A stretch of DNA of 64,000 bases from Octopus vulgaris (GCA_951406725.2 OX597839.1:22630001-22694000), one strand, 5' to 3'; positions 25,196-38,436 are shown, counted from the first letter of the stretch. Numbers and translations: made by a program. Notes: generated from the sequence alone by a model not told the origin.

Positions 25196-25507
25196 CCTCT
25201 TCAATCCTATCAACTCCCATCATCGGCTTTCTCTCCATGAATCTGCTCCTTCATGGCTGACCCTGGGCCAAGCAACAACAACAACAACATCAACAACAAT
25301 CTATGCCACCAAGAAAAACAAACATTAGAGACACTATTCTGTAATGTTTGTTCTTCTTGCTGGCATAGATTATTGTTGTTGTTGTTGTTGTTATTTCAGC
25401 CCCAGGTCAGCCCTGCTTGCACAGACCTCTGATCAAAGATAATCCAGCAACGACCACCATGTCATATTTCATTACTAGAAAGTTGGATTTGTAGATTAGC
25501 GAAGCTT

Positions 25508-25700
25508 ATCATCATCATCATCATCATCATCGTTTAACGTCCGTTCTCCATGCTAGCATGGGTTGGACGGTTCAACTGGGGTCTGGGAAGCCCGAAGGCT
25601 GCACCAGGCTCCAGTCTTATTTGGCAATGTTTCTACAGCTGGATGCCCTTCCTAACGCCAACCACTCCGTGAGTGTAGTGGGTGCTTTTTACGTGCCACC
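25508..25700 (-). mobile_element. Family D retroposon
   Basis: (CAT)n cgtttaacgtccgttctccatgctagcatggg..gtgggtgcttttacgtgccacc. Confidence 0.88.
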
Positions 25701-25974
25701 TGCACAACGAGAAGAAATGTTACAACGACCATGGAAGTATTTATATGACGGAAATGAAGAAGAAAAACCCCAGGGATGCGAGTGGATGGGTGGGTGGGGG
25801 TGATCCGAAGCCTGGCTGCCAAAACAGGGACTTGCTTTTGGGCTTCAGACAAAGAATGCCAGAAGGGACAGCAACCCAAATGTGATAATAGTATTCTATA
25901 GAAGGATAAGGAAGAGATTTTATGAAAATGAACCAGTTCCTGCCAAGATCCTTCTGGAGTCAAAGAGTCTCAGA

Positions 25975-26670
25975 ACACCAGGTTTCAGGTTTCTGTCCTG
26001 CATATACTCCCCCACCCCGCACCCCTATCCGTGAGAGGATGCCAGTCTATTGCAAGATTACTCATTTTTGCCAGCTGAGTAGACTGGGGCAATGTGAAAT
26101 GAAGTGTTTTGCTCAAGAACACAATGTGTCGCCCAGTCCAGGAATTGAAACCACAATCTTATGATCACGAGTCCAACATCCCTAACCACTAAGCCATGTA
26201 ACTCTACAGTAGAAGTAAAATTACCTCCTTGAGTTATGCCGACTCATGAGGACCAGGTTCTTGGTTTCACGGCGTATAAATTCCCCACCTGGATAGGATG
26301 CTAGTCCTTCTTAGGATGACTCCCTTTTGCCAGTTGAGTGGACTGGAGCAATGTGAAGTGAAGTGTTTTGCTCAAGAACACAATACACTACCTGATCCAG
26401 GAATTGAAAGCACTAGTGTAGCTAGAGGGTGTGGTGGTGGAGGAGGTATTCCACCCTGGGTGGCACTTTTATGGGAATGGCAGGACTTTTGGGTCTGCTG
26501 TAGGCAATATGCATTTTCTATGGAGATCTGGGGGTGGTAAACTGAAGGGCTACCCCGGGTGGCACACACTCTAGCAATGGTAGGAATTGAAATCACAATG
26601 TTATGATTATGAGACCAACACCCTAAACACTAAGCCAAGGATCTCAACACTAAGCCAAGGATCTCAATAG
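25975..26670 (-). mobile_element. Two family-E-related SINE copies; the second carries a short inverted-repeat insert (26410-26582)
   Basis: ctgg(g/a)gcaatgtgaa..gtgttttgctcaagaacacaat..ggaattgaaa..ccctaa(c/a)cactaagcca. Confidence 0.7.
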
Positions 26671-26839
26671 GCGCAGGAGTGGCTGTGTGGTAAGTAGCTT
26701 GCTAACCAACCACATGGTTCCGGGTTCAGTCCCACTGCGTGGCATCTTGGGCAAGTGTCTTCTGCTATAGCCCCGGGCCGACCAATGCCTTGTGAGTGGA
26801 TTTGGTAGACGGAAACTGAAAGAAGCCTGTCGTATATAT

Positions 26840-26879
<40 letters not shown>

Positions 26880-27074
26880 CTGTGTTTGTCCCCCTAGCAT
26901 TGCTTGACAACCGATGCTGGTGTGTTTACGTCCCTGTCACTTAGCGGTTCGGCAAAAAGAGACCGATAGAATAAGTACTGGGCTTACAAAGAATAAGTCC
27001 CGGGGTCGATTTGCTCGACTAAAGGCGGTGCTCCAGCATGGCCGCAGTCAAATGACTGAAACAAGTAAAAGAGT
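26670..27074 (+). mobile_element. SINE family A, young copy
   Basis: Near-identical to 11636-12024. Confidence 0.92.
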
Positions 27075-27648
27075 TGCTACCAAAGCAGACCATCATTTTC
27101 AGATTCCTTAGATTCCAAGAGTTTTACCACATTTTAAGAGTTCAGGTTCAAAACTGGACCTAATTTAGCTAAAACTGGACCACATAAACAGAGAGGGAAC
27201 TAGGAAAATGTAGGCCACTCAGCTTTAGGTAAACCTACTTCAGATCTACCCGAAACACGAGTGAGATGGAATCACAGAAGTTAAAGGAAATTGGAATGAT
27301 TTCCTCAATTCCAAAAGTCAATACTTATTTCACATCTGGCTTCATTAATGCCAAATTATCCAATCTGTTAAGTAATATAACGAACTGTTTGAGGTAAGAC
27401 GAGGAAAAGGGGGAGGCAGAAGAGACAAGTGGAGCAACTTCAATTTCCTGAGATTTACTTTATGAACTCAAAAGGGATGTAAAATAGTCGACTTGTCTTG
27501 AACAGTTTGAGCTGATATGAGACTAAAACATCTGTTTTGGATGTCATTAACCTCACTCATTTACTAAGACAGACATGCATACATACACACACAAGTATAT
27601 ACATACGTGTACATGTGTACGTATGTGTGTGTGTGTATATCTATATCT

Positions 27649-27696
<48 letters not shown>

Positions 27697-28036
27697 TAAT
27701 ATATATGTATATATAAAATGGAACAAAAATGTAATAACAGAGGACAAAAATTATTCTGACAGAGAGATGATACAAAGGCAGACAGGAGAAACAACAATTA
27801 GAAAGATAGGCAAAAAAAAGACGGATCATTCGTGGCCTTCTTTCCTCAGTTAAGTTACCAGAAGTCCTTACTGTTTTGGGCAGTTACACTTGAGAGAGTT
27901 CGATCTGGTTGCCCCCCAAAAAGTCTAAGCTAAGAGCATTAGATTTTTTGGTAAGAAACCTAGGGAATATATATATATATTGTCTGGAAAAAGATAAGTT
28001 GTGAACATTATTCTCCTGCTTCTATTCTTCTTACAG

Positions 28037-28418
28037 TGGAGGCACAATGGCCCAGTGGTTAGGGCAGCGGACTCGCGGTCATAGGATCGCGGTTTCGATA
28101 CCCAGACTGGGCGTTGTGAGTGTTTATTGAGCGAAAACACCTAAAGCTTCACGAGGCTCCGGCAGGGATGGTGGTGATCCCTGCTGTGCTCTTTCACCAC
28201 AACTTTCTCTCACTCTTACTTCCTGTTTCTGTTGTACCTGTATTTCAAACGGCCGGCTTTGTCACTCTCTGTGTCACGCTGAATATCCCCGAGAACTACG
28301 TTAAGGGTACACGTGTCTGTGGAGTGCTCAGCCACTTACACGTTAATTTCACGAGCAGGCTGTTCTGTTGATTCAGATCAACTGGAACCCTCGTCGTCGT
28401 AACCGATGGAGTGCTTCC
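28037..28418 (+). mobile_element. SINE family C, full length
   Basis: Head tggaggcacaatggcccagtggttaggg; TSD attcttcttac (28024-28034 / 28419-28429). Confidence 0.9.
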
Positions 28419-28539
28419 ATTCTTCTTACTACTTTTGCCATTTTATTCCTTATAAACTGTGAATTTTATTCCTTGTAAACTGTAAATTTTCCTTCTCTAA
28501 ACTATTCATACCTTGTCTCTGATGTGCAAGCGTCACCTT

Positions 28540-28816
28540 ACTGGCATATTTGCCGGTGGCATGTGAAAAATAACATTCGAGTGTGGTTGTTGCCAGGGCC
28601 GCCTGACTGGCCCTCATGCCAGTAGCACGTAAAAAGCACCCACTACATTCTCGGAGTGGTTGGTATTAAGAAGGGCATCCAGCTGTAGAAACCTTGCCAG
28701 ACCAGACTGGAGCCTGGTGCAGCCTCCTGGCTTGCCAGTCGTCAGTCAAACCATCCAACCCATGCCAGCAAGGAAAGTGGACGTTAAACAACAACAATGA
28801 TGATGATGATGATGAT
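28540..28816 (+). mobile_element. Family D retroposon
   Basis: gcacgtaaaaagcacccactac..gggcatccagctgtag..ggacgttaaac..gatgatgat. Confidence 0.85.
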
Positions 28817-30016
28817 ATATATATATACAAGTGCAGGCATTATGTTTCATTTGTAGCCACATGACTCCAGGTTCAATACTTAGATATGACACCTCAGCAG
28901 CAAGTGTTAAGTTTAATACTTTGTGAGTGGAATTTGGCAGACAAAGACTATATAGAAGTCCATGGAATGTGTGTGTGTGTGTGTGTCTCCATGTGTCTTT
29001 GGCACCATTTTGGCAACAGATCCGTGTGTGCGGATATGAAATGATGTAGCTTACTTGGAAAACAAGGAAGAAGTGACCACCACCAGTGATGAGCGTCTGG
29101 CTTTAGAATACCGTTTCCACAAATGCTGTCCAACATATGCAAACATAGAAGGGGAAAAAAAGCCACAAAATGATGATGATGATGAAGGCACTGCTTCTGG
29201 CTTTGATATGAGACTTAATTCTTTCCACATGAAAGACAATAATCCATTATGCAGGGGCCACTGAAGTCTCTTCATTTCCCCCACCCCCAACCCCACCCAG
29301 TAGTTCTGTTTCCAGTTAGAAACACTTCAAGAAAGAGGTGTCCATATGACTATTTGACCTGCAAGACTACATCATACATATGTCTCCTTCTAGAGTCTGA
29401 TTTGAGGGATATTCGACTGCTATTTCTAGCAAGTTGTCTAACAAAAATTGATGGCGGCAGCGGTGGTGGTGTTGGCAGTGATGTTGCAAAGACAAAATAT
29501 TATAATTTAAGTCAGTGGTTCCCAAACTTTTACAGGCTGCTGCCCCCTTGATACCCAGGCCACATTCCTAGTGCCCTCACCCCAACTAACCACCGCAAAC
29601 ACTGACCTCTTTCTGAAACAAATTCAAAGCAACTGCATTTAACAAATAAAGCTCTACCTAATCAACCCATTATTTTGTTGTTTTTACATGAATAGCTTCT
29701 CCATTATTGCCCCACTTTTCTTCAACGCCCCCCCCCCCCAACTTTCCACCCCACTGGTTTAAGTAATTCACAGAAATCTCTCGACCAAAAGAACTGTGCA
29801 CTCTAAAGGGTTTAAATGGTCCCAGATGATCCTTTAAAGCAGTGTTTCTCCTTATTTTTTTCATCCATGATCTCCTTTGGTTCCTATTTTTATCCACGGA
29901 CCCATTTTGATTTCTGTTTTACTTGGTTGTATCTTCCTAACCATTTGAGCTTTCAAAAATCATTTTATGTTATTATTACGAAATATTACAAGAAATTGTA
30001 TTAAAATATTGTTTAA

Positions 30017-30875
30017 CCGTTCAGCATTCAAACCAGCCACATCCGGCCCAAAATATTCTGCCTGTTTTGCATATGCAAACTGGCCAGATTTGCCCTCTCA
30101 CACCAACCTTGCAATGTCATTCTAAAAATAGACAAACACATCACTGAAATCTCAAAGCTACGAGATAATCTATGATTAATTCAAAACAATGTGAATAAAA
30201 AAGAATTCCGTTTGACAGATTAATCTGAATGCTAAAGGGTTGAATCGACCGTATGTGGCTCATATATTCTTCCTGGTTTACATTCAGATTGGTCTGATCT
30301 GGCCTCTCACACTTACCCTACAATGTCATTCTAAAAATAAACAGGCGCAGGAGTGGCTGTGTGGTAAGTAGCTTGCTAACCAACCACATGGTTCCGGGTT
30401 CAGTCCCACTGCGTGGCACCTTGGGCAAGTGTCTTCTACTATAGCCTCGGGCCGACCAAAGCCTTGTGAGTGGATTTGGTAGACGGAAACTGAAAGAAGC
30501 CCGTCGTATATATGTATATATATATATATATATGTGTGTGTGTATGTGTGTGTTTGTGTGTCTGTGTTTGTCCCCCTAGCATTGCTTGACAACCGATGCT
30601 GGTGTGTTTATGTCCCCGTTACTTAGCGGTTCGGCAAAAGAGACCGATAAAATAAGTACTGGGCTTCCAAAAGAATAAGTCCTAGGGTCGAGTTGCTCGA
30701 TTAAAGGCGGTGCTCCAGCATGGCCGCAGTCAAATGACTGAAACAAGTAAAAGAGTAAAAGAGAGAGAGTGAAATTATTAAAGTCTTTCACAGCTAAGAG
30801 ATAATCCATGATTAGTTCAAAACAATGTGAATGAATAAGGATTACATTTGATGGAGAAATCTGAATGCTAAAGGG
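30017..30875 (-). mobile_element. Two P1 MITE copies (30017-30239; 30246-30875, the latter split by SINE A)
   Basis: Reverse complement of 20381-20601; both end aatctgaatgctaaaggg tt(g/a)a. Confidence 0.8.
30344..30763 (+). mobile_element. SINE family A, young copy
   Basis: Near-identical to 26670-27074. Confidence 0.92.
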
Positions 30876-31804
30876 TTAACCTATTCTGTACTGTGGAAGT
30901 GTAGCCAATTTATTAAGTGGACCTCCTAAAGGGCTATTTGGACCCCAGTTGGAAATCATTACTTTAAAGGGTATTTGATGTGAGATAGTTTACTAGGAAT
31001 GAAAACCAGGCCATTAAAGTCTCTCAGAGCTCATATCCAAACTGCAATTTTCACCACTCTCAGCCTTCCGTCTTTCTCTCTTTCCGGCACCAGAGCTCAA
31101 GTACAAACAACCATTCTTGTAACAAATATCCTGCATTAAAAACTGAAACAATAGATACAGGCACCATGTCTTTCTCAGAAATGAACACCAATTGTTTTAG
31201 AGCTGTTACCAGTTCCAGGAATTATTCAATAACAATGAAATGGAATTTGCACAGATCTGAACTGGGACAGGCATCCATGTTGAGATATGATTCATCAAGT
31301 GATACAAAAAAACCAAAAAAAAAAACCCCAAAAAACCCCATTCCTTTATCCAGCAGTTCCTCTAATTATTAGAGTGTGATAATCTTAATTATGTTGGCTT
31401 ATTAGAAACAAAATAACAAAATGGTTTGTGGTGCCAAGAACAAAAGGTCAGAAGGAAAGGAAGAAAAAATGGTTGTGCATTTATTTTGCATATTTCATTG
31501 GTCAGAATTTTATTGGTTTCCATAGAAACCAATATTTATAACAGATTAAATAAATTCACACAGAAATACAAATAAAATGGAAAATTAATTTTAGGCCGTG
31601 TGAGTGTCTTAATATAGTTTTCTCATTGCAAATAACACAAGTAACGTTCGAAGACAATGTTATGCCGACGGCAATAGCAACCTCACAGCAACTTGACGCA
31701 AACTTGCAGGTGTGTGTGTGTGTGTGTGTGCTTGTATTTGGAGCATGCTGTTGTGAGTCATTCAGGCATGCATATATCTGTGTGTGTGTGTGTGGGGGGA
31801 TCTT

Positions 31805-32560
31805 GTATCTTTTACGTGTTTCAATTATTAGACTGTGGCCATGCTGGGGCACCACCTTGGAGAATTTTTAGTCAAATACATCAACCCCAGGACTTAATTT
31901 TTTTAACCTGGTACTTATTTTATCAGTCTCTGTTGCTGAACTGCTAAGTTGCAGGGACATAAATGCACTGACACCTGTTGCCAAGCAGTGATAGAAGACA
32001 AACACACACACACACACACACATATGGCAGGCTTCTTTTAGTTTCCATCCACCAGATCCACTCCCAAGGCTATAGTAGAAGACAACTACCCAAGATGCCT
32101 TGCTGTGGGACTGAACCCAGGACCATGTGGTTGGTAATCAAGCTTCTTACCACACAGCCATGCCTTCACCTATACATTTGTATTTTATTTTTATTCTTTT
32201 ACTTGTTTCAGTCACTGGGCTGTGACCAGGCTGGAGCACTGCTTCGAAGGAGCTTTTTAGTTGATCGGATCGACCCCCACTAATCTTAAGTCAGGCACTT
32301 AGTTTATCGGCCCTCTTTGACAAACTGCTAAGTTATGGGGATGTAAACAAACCCACATTAGTTGTCATGTGGTGAAAGGCAAACACCCCCCACCCACCCA
32401 CACACATTCATTCACTCACTAGGCTTTATGCAGTTTCCATCAACCAAATATAATCACAAGGCATTGGTCAGCTAGGAGCCATAGCAAAAGATATACGAGT
32501 CCAAAGCAAAGTGGGGCTGAACCACAGACCAGAGAACTTCTTAACCACCCAGCCATGACT
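31805..32560 (-). mobile_element. Two older SINE family A copies
   Basis: gactgtggccatgctggggcacc..cttaccacacagcca (31805-32170) and a more decayed copy at 32190-32560. Confidence 0.8.
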
Positions 32561-32726
32561 CTATCTAATATATAATTGGTCTTTACCATTCCAGCATGGA
32601 CAACAGACATTAAATGGTGATGATGATGATGATGATCTGTGTTTTATTATACAAAATAGTCTTGAGGATTTTGCACTTCATCAAGCATTTTTTTTTTTCG
32701 TCTTTGTGACATTTTCAGACTTATAA

Positions 32727-32933
32727 GAAGGAGCTGAAAGATTCCTGGCTTTGGGCAAAAGAAAATAGAAGAGGGTCAGTTAATTATGATTTTGTCCAAT
32801 ATATTCCCCTCTCAGATTCACACACTTCTTGTAGCAGTCCTTCAGATTTTGTAAAAGAACTCAGAAGGTTGGGCCCCCAGCCAAACTTTTTATGATACCC
32901 TTAAAGCCAGGAAATTTTCAGCACTTCTTCATA
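32727..32933 (-). mobile_element. Mariner-derived MITE (same family as 22353-22578)
   Basis: gctgaaagattcctggc..tattcccctctcagattcacacac..ttttcagcacttcttcata. Confidence 0.8.
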
Positions 32934-33034
32934 TACAATGATCTATACACAAAGCTGAGGACATCTGATCCACTCTACACACACACACACACAGTATATT
33001 TCCTTGTTGAAGGTTCTGGCACCGCATAAAATGC

Positions 33035-33255
33035 ACTTGTGACACTGCTGCAATGATGCACCTGTGCCAGTGGCATATAAAAAGCACCCAGTACACTCTG
33101 TAAAGTGGTTGGCATCAGGAAGGGCATCCAGCCATAGAGACCATGCCACAACAAACAGTTGGAGTCCAGACAGCTCCCTGCAAGCCAATCCCATGTCAAA
33201 ACGTCCAACCCATGCCAGCATGGAAAGAAGGCATAAAATGATGATGATGATGATA
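33035..33255 (+). mobile_element. Family D retroposon
   Basis: gtggttggcatcaggaagggcatccagcc..aacccatgccagcatgg..tgatgatg. Confidence 0.85.
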
Positions 33256-33837
33256 GATTGAACACACACACACACACAATATGCATTATATATTATACAT
33301 ATACACATTATATATGCACGTGCATGTAATAATTCTAATTACTGATGATGGTGGTGGTGGTATCCATGATGTTTCTATTACAACTTCTACTCCTGCTGCT
33401 GCAACTGTTGCTGATGATGATGATGATGATGATGATGATTAAATTGAACAAAGTACACACACACACAAACATACACACAAAAGAAAAAACTAGTTCAGGT
33501 AGGAACAGGAAATGACCGGGTTCCCTATTGTAAAGCAATGTTACTAAGTAAAAATGGTAAAATGCAGTCATGCACGGTGGAGCAGAAATTATTGGTGATA
33601 AGAAGGGAGGGGTTACTACCATATCATGAGGGGTCCCTTTGTTTATTTCAGACACACACACACACACATGCAGGCATGTATATAATCATTAATTTATCGG
33701 TACTTGTATTACTGTTATTGATGTGGCGTAAGTGATATTGATGGTCTGCTGTTGATTGTATGGGTGTTGGTGTTGGTGGTGGTCATGGTGGCAGTGGTAG
33801 GAATGGGGCTGATGGTTGTGGTAGTTCATCTTACATA

Positions 33838-34365
33838 TAGGAGTGGCTGTGTGGTAAGTAGCTTGCTTCCTAGCCACATGGTTCTGGGTTCAGTCCCACT
33901 GCATGGCACCTTGGGCAAGTGTCTTCTGCTATAGCCCTGGGCCGACCAATGCCTTGTGAGTGGATTTGGTAGACGGAAACTGAAAGAAGCCTGTCGTATA
34001 TATGTATATATATATGTGTGTGTGTTTGTGTGTTTGTCCCCCTAGCATTGCTTGACAACCGATGCTGGTGCGTTTACGTCCCCGTCACTTAGCGGTTTGG
34101 CAAAAGAGATCGATGGAATAAGCACTGGGCTTACAAAGAATAAGTCCCGGGGTCGATTTGCTCGACTAAAGGCGGTGCTCCAGCATTGCCGCAGTCAAAT
34201 GACTGAAACAAGTAAAAGAGTAAAGAGTATAGCCTCAGGCCAAGTAAAGCTTTGGGAGTGGATTTAGTAGACGGAAACTGAAAGAAGCCCATTGTATATA
34301 TGTGTGTGTGTGTGAGTAAATGTTTGTGTGTCTGTGCTTACCATCATCACTTGACAACTGCTGTA
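33838..34365 (+). mobile_element. SINE family A followed by an older partial copy
   Basis: Full copy 33838-34228, then restart at tatagcctcaggcc. Confidence 0.85.
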
Positions 34366-34429
34366 CTTGATGAGACATTTTGTCAAGCTAAGTAAAATCA
34401 TTGTCTTTCACACATACAGGCTTGTCTTT

Positions 34430-34845
34430 TACAGGTGCCAGTGCCACCACTTAAAAAGGCTCCTGTGCCAGTGCTGTGTAAAATATCCTTTTATATACCT
34501 GGGCCAATGCCAGTGCCGCCTGACTGACACCCATGCTAGTGGCACGTAAAAAGCACCATTCGAGTGTGGCTGATGCCTGACTGGCTCTTGTGCCAGTGGC
34601 ACATAAAAAGCACCATTGAAGCCTGAGCAATGCCGGTACCACCTGACTGGCTCCAGTGCTGGTGACACGTAAAACCACCCATTACACTCTTGGAGGGGTT
34701 GGCATTAGGAAGGGCATCCAGCTGTAGAACCACTGCCAGATCTGACTGGAGCCTGGTGCAGCCATCCGACCAGTCAGTTCTCAGTCAAACTGTCCAACCC
34801 ATGCCAGCATGGAATGCAGACATTAAACGATAATGATGATGATGT
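34430..34845 (+). mobile_element. Family D retroposon with 5' tandem units
   Basis: Repeated gtggcac(g/a)taaaaagcaccatt units, then gggcatccagctgtag..cattaaacgataatgatg. Confidence 0.85.
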
Positions 34846-34914
34846 GTTCCTATCTTTCCAGGATAGGATCATAAGGAAAGATCAGAACACAAGGAGTAGA
34901 AAATGTTATTTTCT

Positions 34915-35045
34915 ATCATCATCATCATTGTTCGACCGTGGTCGAGACAATGCAATTTATCATGCTACGCCAGATTTCACGGTCCATCATGGCATTACGG
35001 AGGTCCTGTTGCTGGATGCCTGTATCCCTGGAGAACGTGATCAGA
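34915..35045 (-). mobile_element. RTE-like LINE extreme 3' end
   Basis: Minus peptide SRDTGIQQQDLRNAMMDREIWRSMINCIVSTTVEQ* followed by a (TGA)n tail. Confidence 0.7.
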
Positions 35046-36571
35046 GACAGGGCCCGGCAAAGCAGGGGCTGGACCTATATCTGCAGGTATACCATTAGGT
35101 CTGGTTCTCTGGGGAAGAGGAACCCTGGTGTAGTTAATTGCAAATTCCATAGTCTTTTCAAATGGCTAATAATGTGTGCGCGCGCCACTACTACACACAT
35201 TGGAAAGCATTGTACAACCAAGTACTAAAGAAGGTCTTTCCTCCTCCATGAAACAAAGCTGTTCCCACTGGACGGCAACCCAGTATTTCTAAGCTACGGA
35301 CCGAGTGATTTATTGTAAGGTTATCTCCCTAGACAGATTGCCTTCACTACGGCTAAGGAGCCCTTTCTACCCCACTGACACAGGTTGTACTGGTTTACAG
35401 TTTACCAGTAGTAGGATCCGATACTGCATACACCAGACCTGACTCAGCTCAGTTTTTGAATTCAATCCTTTGTAGTGGGATTGAATCAAGTATCTTGTGA
35501 TTGCAAAACAAACCTCTTAAGCCATTTGGCTATGCTGTAGTTGATTGAACCAGTGAATGGCTGTTGTACAAAGTGCCTGGGGTTCAATCCTAACCAAAGC
35601 CAAGCAAGTCAGTTCTAGGAACAGAGATATTATTTAACCATTTGCATATGAGAATAACTCTGACTGTTTCTGGTTCCATGATATAAACCAGCTGTTCTAA
35701 AAATATTCAGATTTCATCTAAAGAATTCCATCATAAAAATTAATGTGTGCGAACTTTTTGCCATGCTTAAAACATCCAAAAAACATCAGCTTAAAAAAAA
35801 AAAACTAATAAAAATTCTTCCAATTTTTTTGATTATTTTCAATATTAACCGAAACTTAGAACTGTGTATTTCTTAAGGAATCGGTTCACAGAGAAGTTCA
35901 GGAAAAAATGTTTTTATAGAAAAAAAAAAAAAAATAAATAAATAAATAAAGTGCTAACATTTGCAATGGATTTTAATTTTACCCAATTAACAGCATCACT
36001 AATTTTCAATGAGAATTAGAATCTCAGATTTTTCTACATATTTGGTATTTGGTCTCCAGCCCTAATTTCTAAAATGAACCAATGCAATCTTTTCCCCTCG
36101 AGTTCTGGTTTCTTTCTGCCATCTAAAAATTTTTCTCTGTGGTAAAATCCCTAATTATAAAAGCCATGATTCCAAGCAATTTAACGACTATTTTACCGCG
36201 TTCCTCTTCTCTCCCACGCTCAAACCTTTGTGCTGTCCTCCTCCTCCTCCTCATAATTGCATCATGTTTTTCATTATTTAATTATATAGTTCACAAGTAA
36301 AATAAGTAATCCAGTTCGTTTGTTAACGAACAAAATTATACCTGACAGTAATTTGTCTAAAGTTACTCAGCTGCTCCCAACTTTAAGCAAAACCCAGATG
36401 TTACAACCACACAAGCCATTTTCGGAATTGGATATTAGCACCATCAATTATCCCCCACCCCCTCCGATACACACACATTCATAAGTGATTCTCGGGGTTG
36501 AGGACAAGGGGTCTTCTAATTGCTGAAATTAGGGTTCTTACATCCTACAACCAACACTTTTATCTTAACGT

Positions 36572-36605
<34 letters not shown>

Positions 36606-36751
36606 GGTCCTAGGAGGGTAGAAAGACAGGATATTTTCAATGAAACACTCAGCCTGAGCTTCAACACAGTCAGATTCCAGACTAATTTTTTTCTTATTTA
36701 CTTATTTCAGTCAATAGACTGTGGCCATGCTGAGGCACCGCCTTGTGTGAG

Positions 36752-36861
36752 ATGCTTACAGCACCTAGGTTTCCCAAGCGGTCACCCATCTAAGTACTCA
36801 TTAAAGCTCGACGTTACTTAACTTCAGTGATCAGACAAGAACTCATGCACTCAATGTGATA
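36752..36861 (-). pseudogene. 5S rRNA-derived sequence (first ~10 nt missing), fused to the SINE-A 3' tail (36693-36744)
   Basis: Minus: tgatcactgaagttaagtaacgtcgagc..agtacttagatgggtgaccgcttgggaaacctaggtgctgtaagc matches metazoan 5S, including box A and box C, with many substitutions. Confidence 0.88.
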
Positions 36862-37060
36862 GAAAATCCAGGTTTCACAATGGTAGCTTTATCTACTTCA
36901 AGTTTCCCCATTCCAGAAGAGAATTATTTCTGGCTCTCTTGAAGTTTCTAAATTCTTATGCTGTCAACAATACATACATATGTATACATACATACATACA
37001 TACACACACACATACATACATACATACACACATACATACATACATACATACATACATACA

Positions 37061-37091
<31 letters not shown>

Positions 37092-37119
37092 GTATATATA
37101 CATACATACGTACGTACAT

Positions 37120-37505
37120 ACAAAGAATACTGGTCGAATATTTCCATCGAAACTTCTGCCAGATGTAAACATGACAAGCTGGATATTGTTGTTTGGGGAC
37201 AGAAGGGCTAAGGTATGTACCACCATAGAGGTTAGCTACCCTGCAGATATAGATATCTCTTTGAAAATCAAAGGAAAAGAGGATGTCCATGGACAACTGC
37301 TTCGAAACCTCCAGCTTCTATATCCAGACTATGAATTCATATTTATATGAATAATAATTGGAGCATTAGTAAATGCTTAAAGGAGAATCTGGATAAACTG
37401 GGATTTTCAGAAAGAGAAACTGACCGGCTGATTCATACATTACAAGTGCAATCTGTGAGTGGAACAGTAAAAATATGCAAGCCTTTTCTCAAGTTCCAAA
37501 TGTGA
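37120..37505 (+). mobile_element. Degenerate restriction-like-endonuclease (RLE) domain of an R4/Dong-type non-LTR retrotransposon
   Basis: Broken frame HDKLDIVVW..KVCTTIEVSYPADIDISLKIKGKEDVHGQLL..IIIGAL resembles PD-(D/E)xK RLE motif HNxPDIV..IEVSxP..K; frameshifts and a stop. Confidence 0.7.
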
Positions 37506-37574
37506 ATTTGTCTGTGTTAACTACATCCCAAAGATGGAGCCTTGTATCTTTGTTGGAAACTGGTTCTCTCCTCA

Positions 37575-37737
37575 GTGGAAGTTGTTGACTGCCATGACAC
37601 TGCATCCTTTAAGGCCCTCATGCTTTCCGAAATCCGCCGAAACTACACCTGATTATATATACACTTAGATGAGTTGTAGTGCACCTGAGCACTGTACACA
37701 ATTATTATTATTATTATTATTATTATTATTTATAATA
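37575..37737 (+). mobile_element. CR1-like LINE 3' stub with (ATT)n tail
   Basis: Reverse complement of 7852-8010. Confidence 0.88.
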
Positions 37738-38401
37738 ATTAAAAACACACACACACACAAATACACACACACATCATCTTGAGAGTGTTTCTAGTTCACT
37801 GAAAACCTATAAGGATGAAAACATTGGTAAATGCCTAAAAAAAGGCATTTTAAAGTCTGAAGTCAGAGATGATAAATCAAATAGATGTATTGGACTGAGT
37901 CTTGATATCAATTGATGTTGTGGCTATCATTCTTTTCAAGTTTCTGTTAATAAATTAGGCCCTTAACAATCATAAGCCAGCAAGGAGATTCTTCATGATA
38001 AAAAAAATCTCCTAGAAATAACAGCACAAACTTCCTCAAACCACATAGTATTTTTTTAAGTAAGACACACATGGTAATGTAGTCCGAGGAATACTAGTGA
38101 AGAAGTAAGACATGATGGTCATGAGTTGGACATCTTCAATGACACATCTTCTACAGGATCAGAATCCACCTGGGGCTAAACAACGTAACTAAAAGTGATG
38201 GCTTTGGCTGCAGGCTCACATCTCCTGACAGTGTGTCGTTTGCTTGCGAGAAAGGGGCTGCAACAAAAGAAGAGTAGGGGTTTGGGGCATCAGTGACAAT
38301 ATGGAAGTGTCAGAAGGTGATAGGCAATGGCAATCATATCAGGGTGTTAGGGGGGGTGTCCCCCCCCCCCCGTTGTTGTTTAGCCCCAGGTCAGCCTCCA
38401 T

Positions 38402-38436
<35 letters not shown>

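Larger units (their letters stand above)
29840..30961. mobile_element. hAT-like MITE containing two P1 MITEs and a SINE
   Basis: Perfect 8-bp TSD ctttaaag (29832-29839 / 30962-30969); termini cagtgtttctc.. / ..gttggaaatcatta. Confidence 0.65.

Noticed and set aside
24428-25328. His/Pro/Thr-rich ORFs of 170-270 aa
   Set aside because: All three frames are open because (CAC)n lacks stops; no splice or codon evidence
36752-36861. Functional 5S rRNA gene
   Set aside because: 5' end missing, many substitutions, no oligo-T terminator, fused to a retroposon tail
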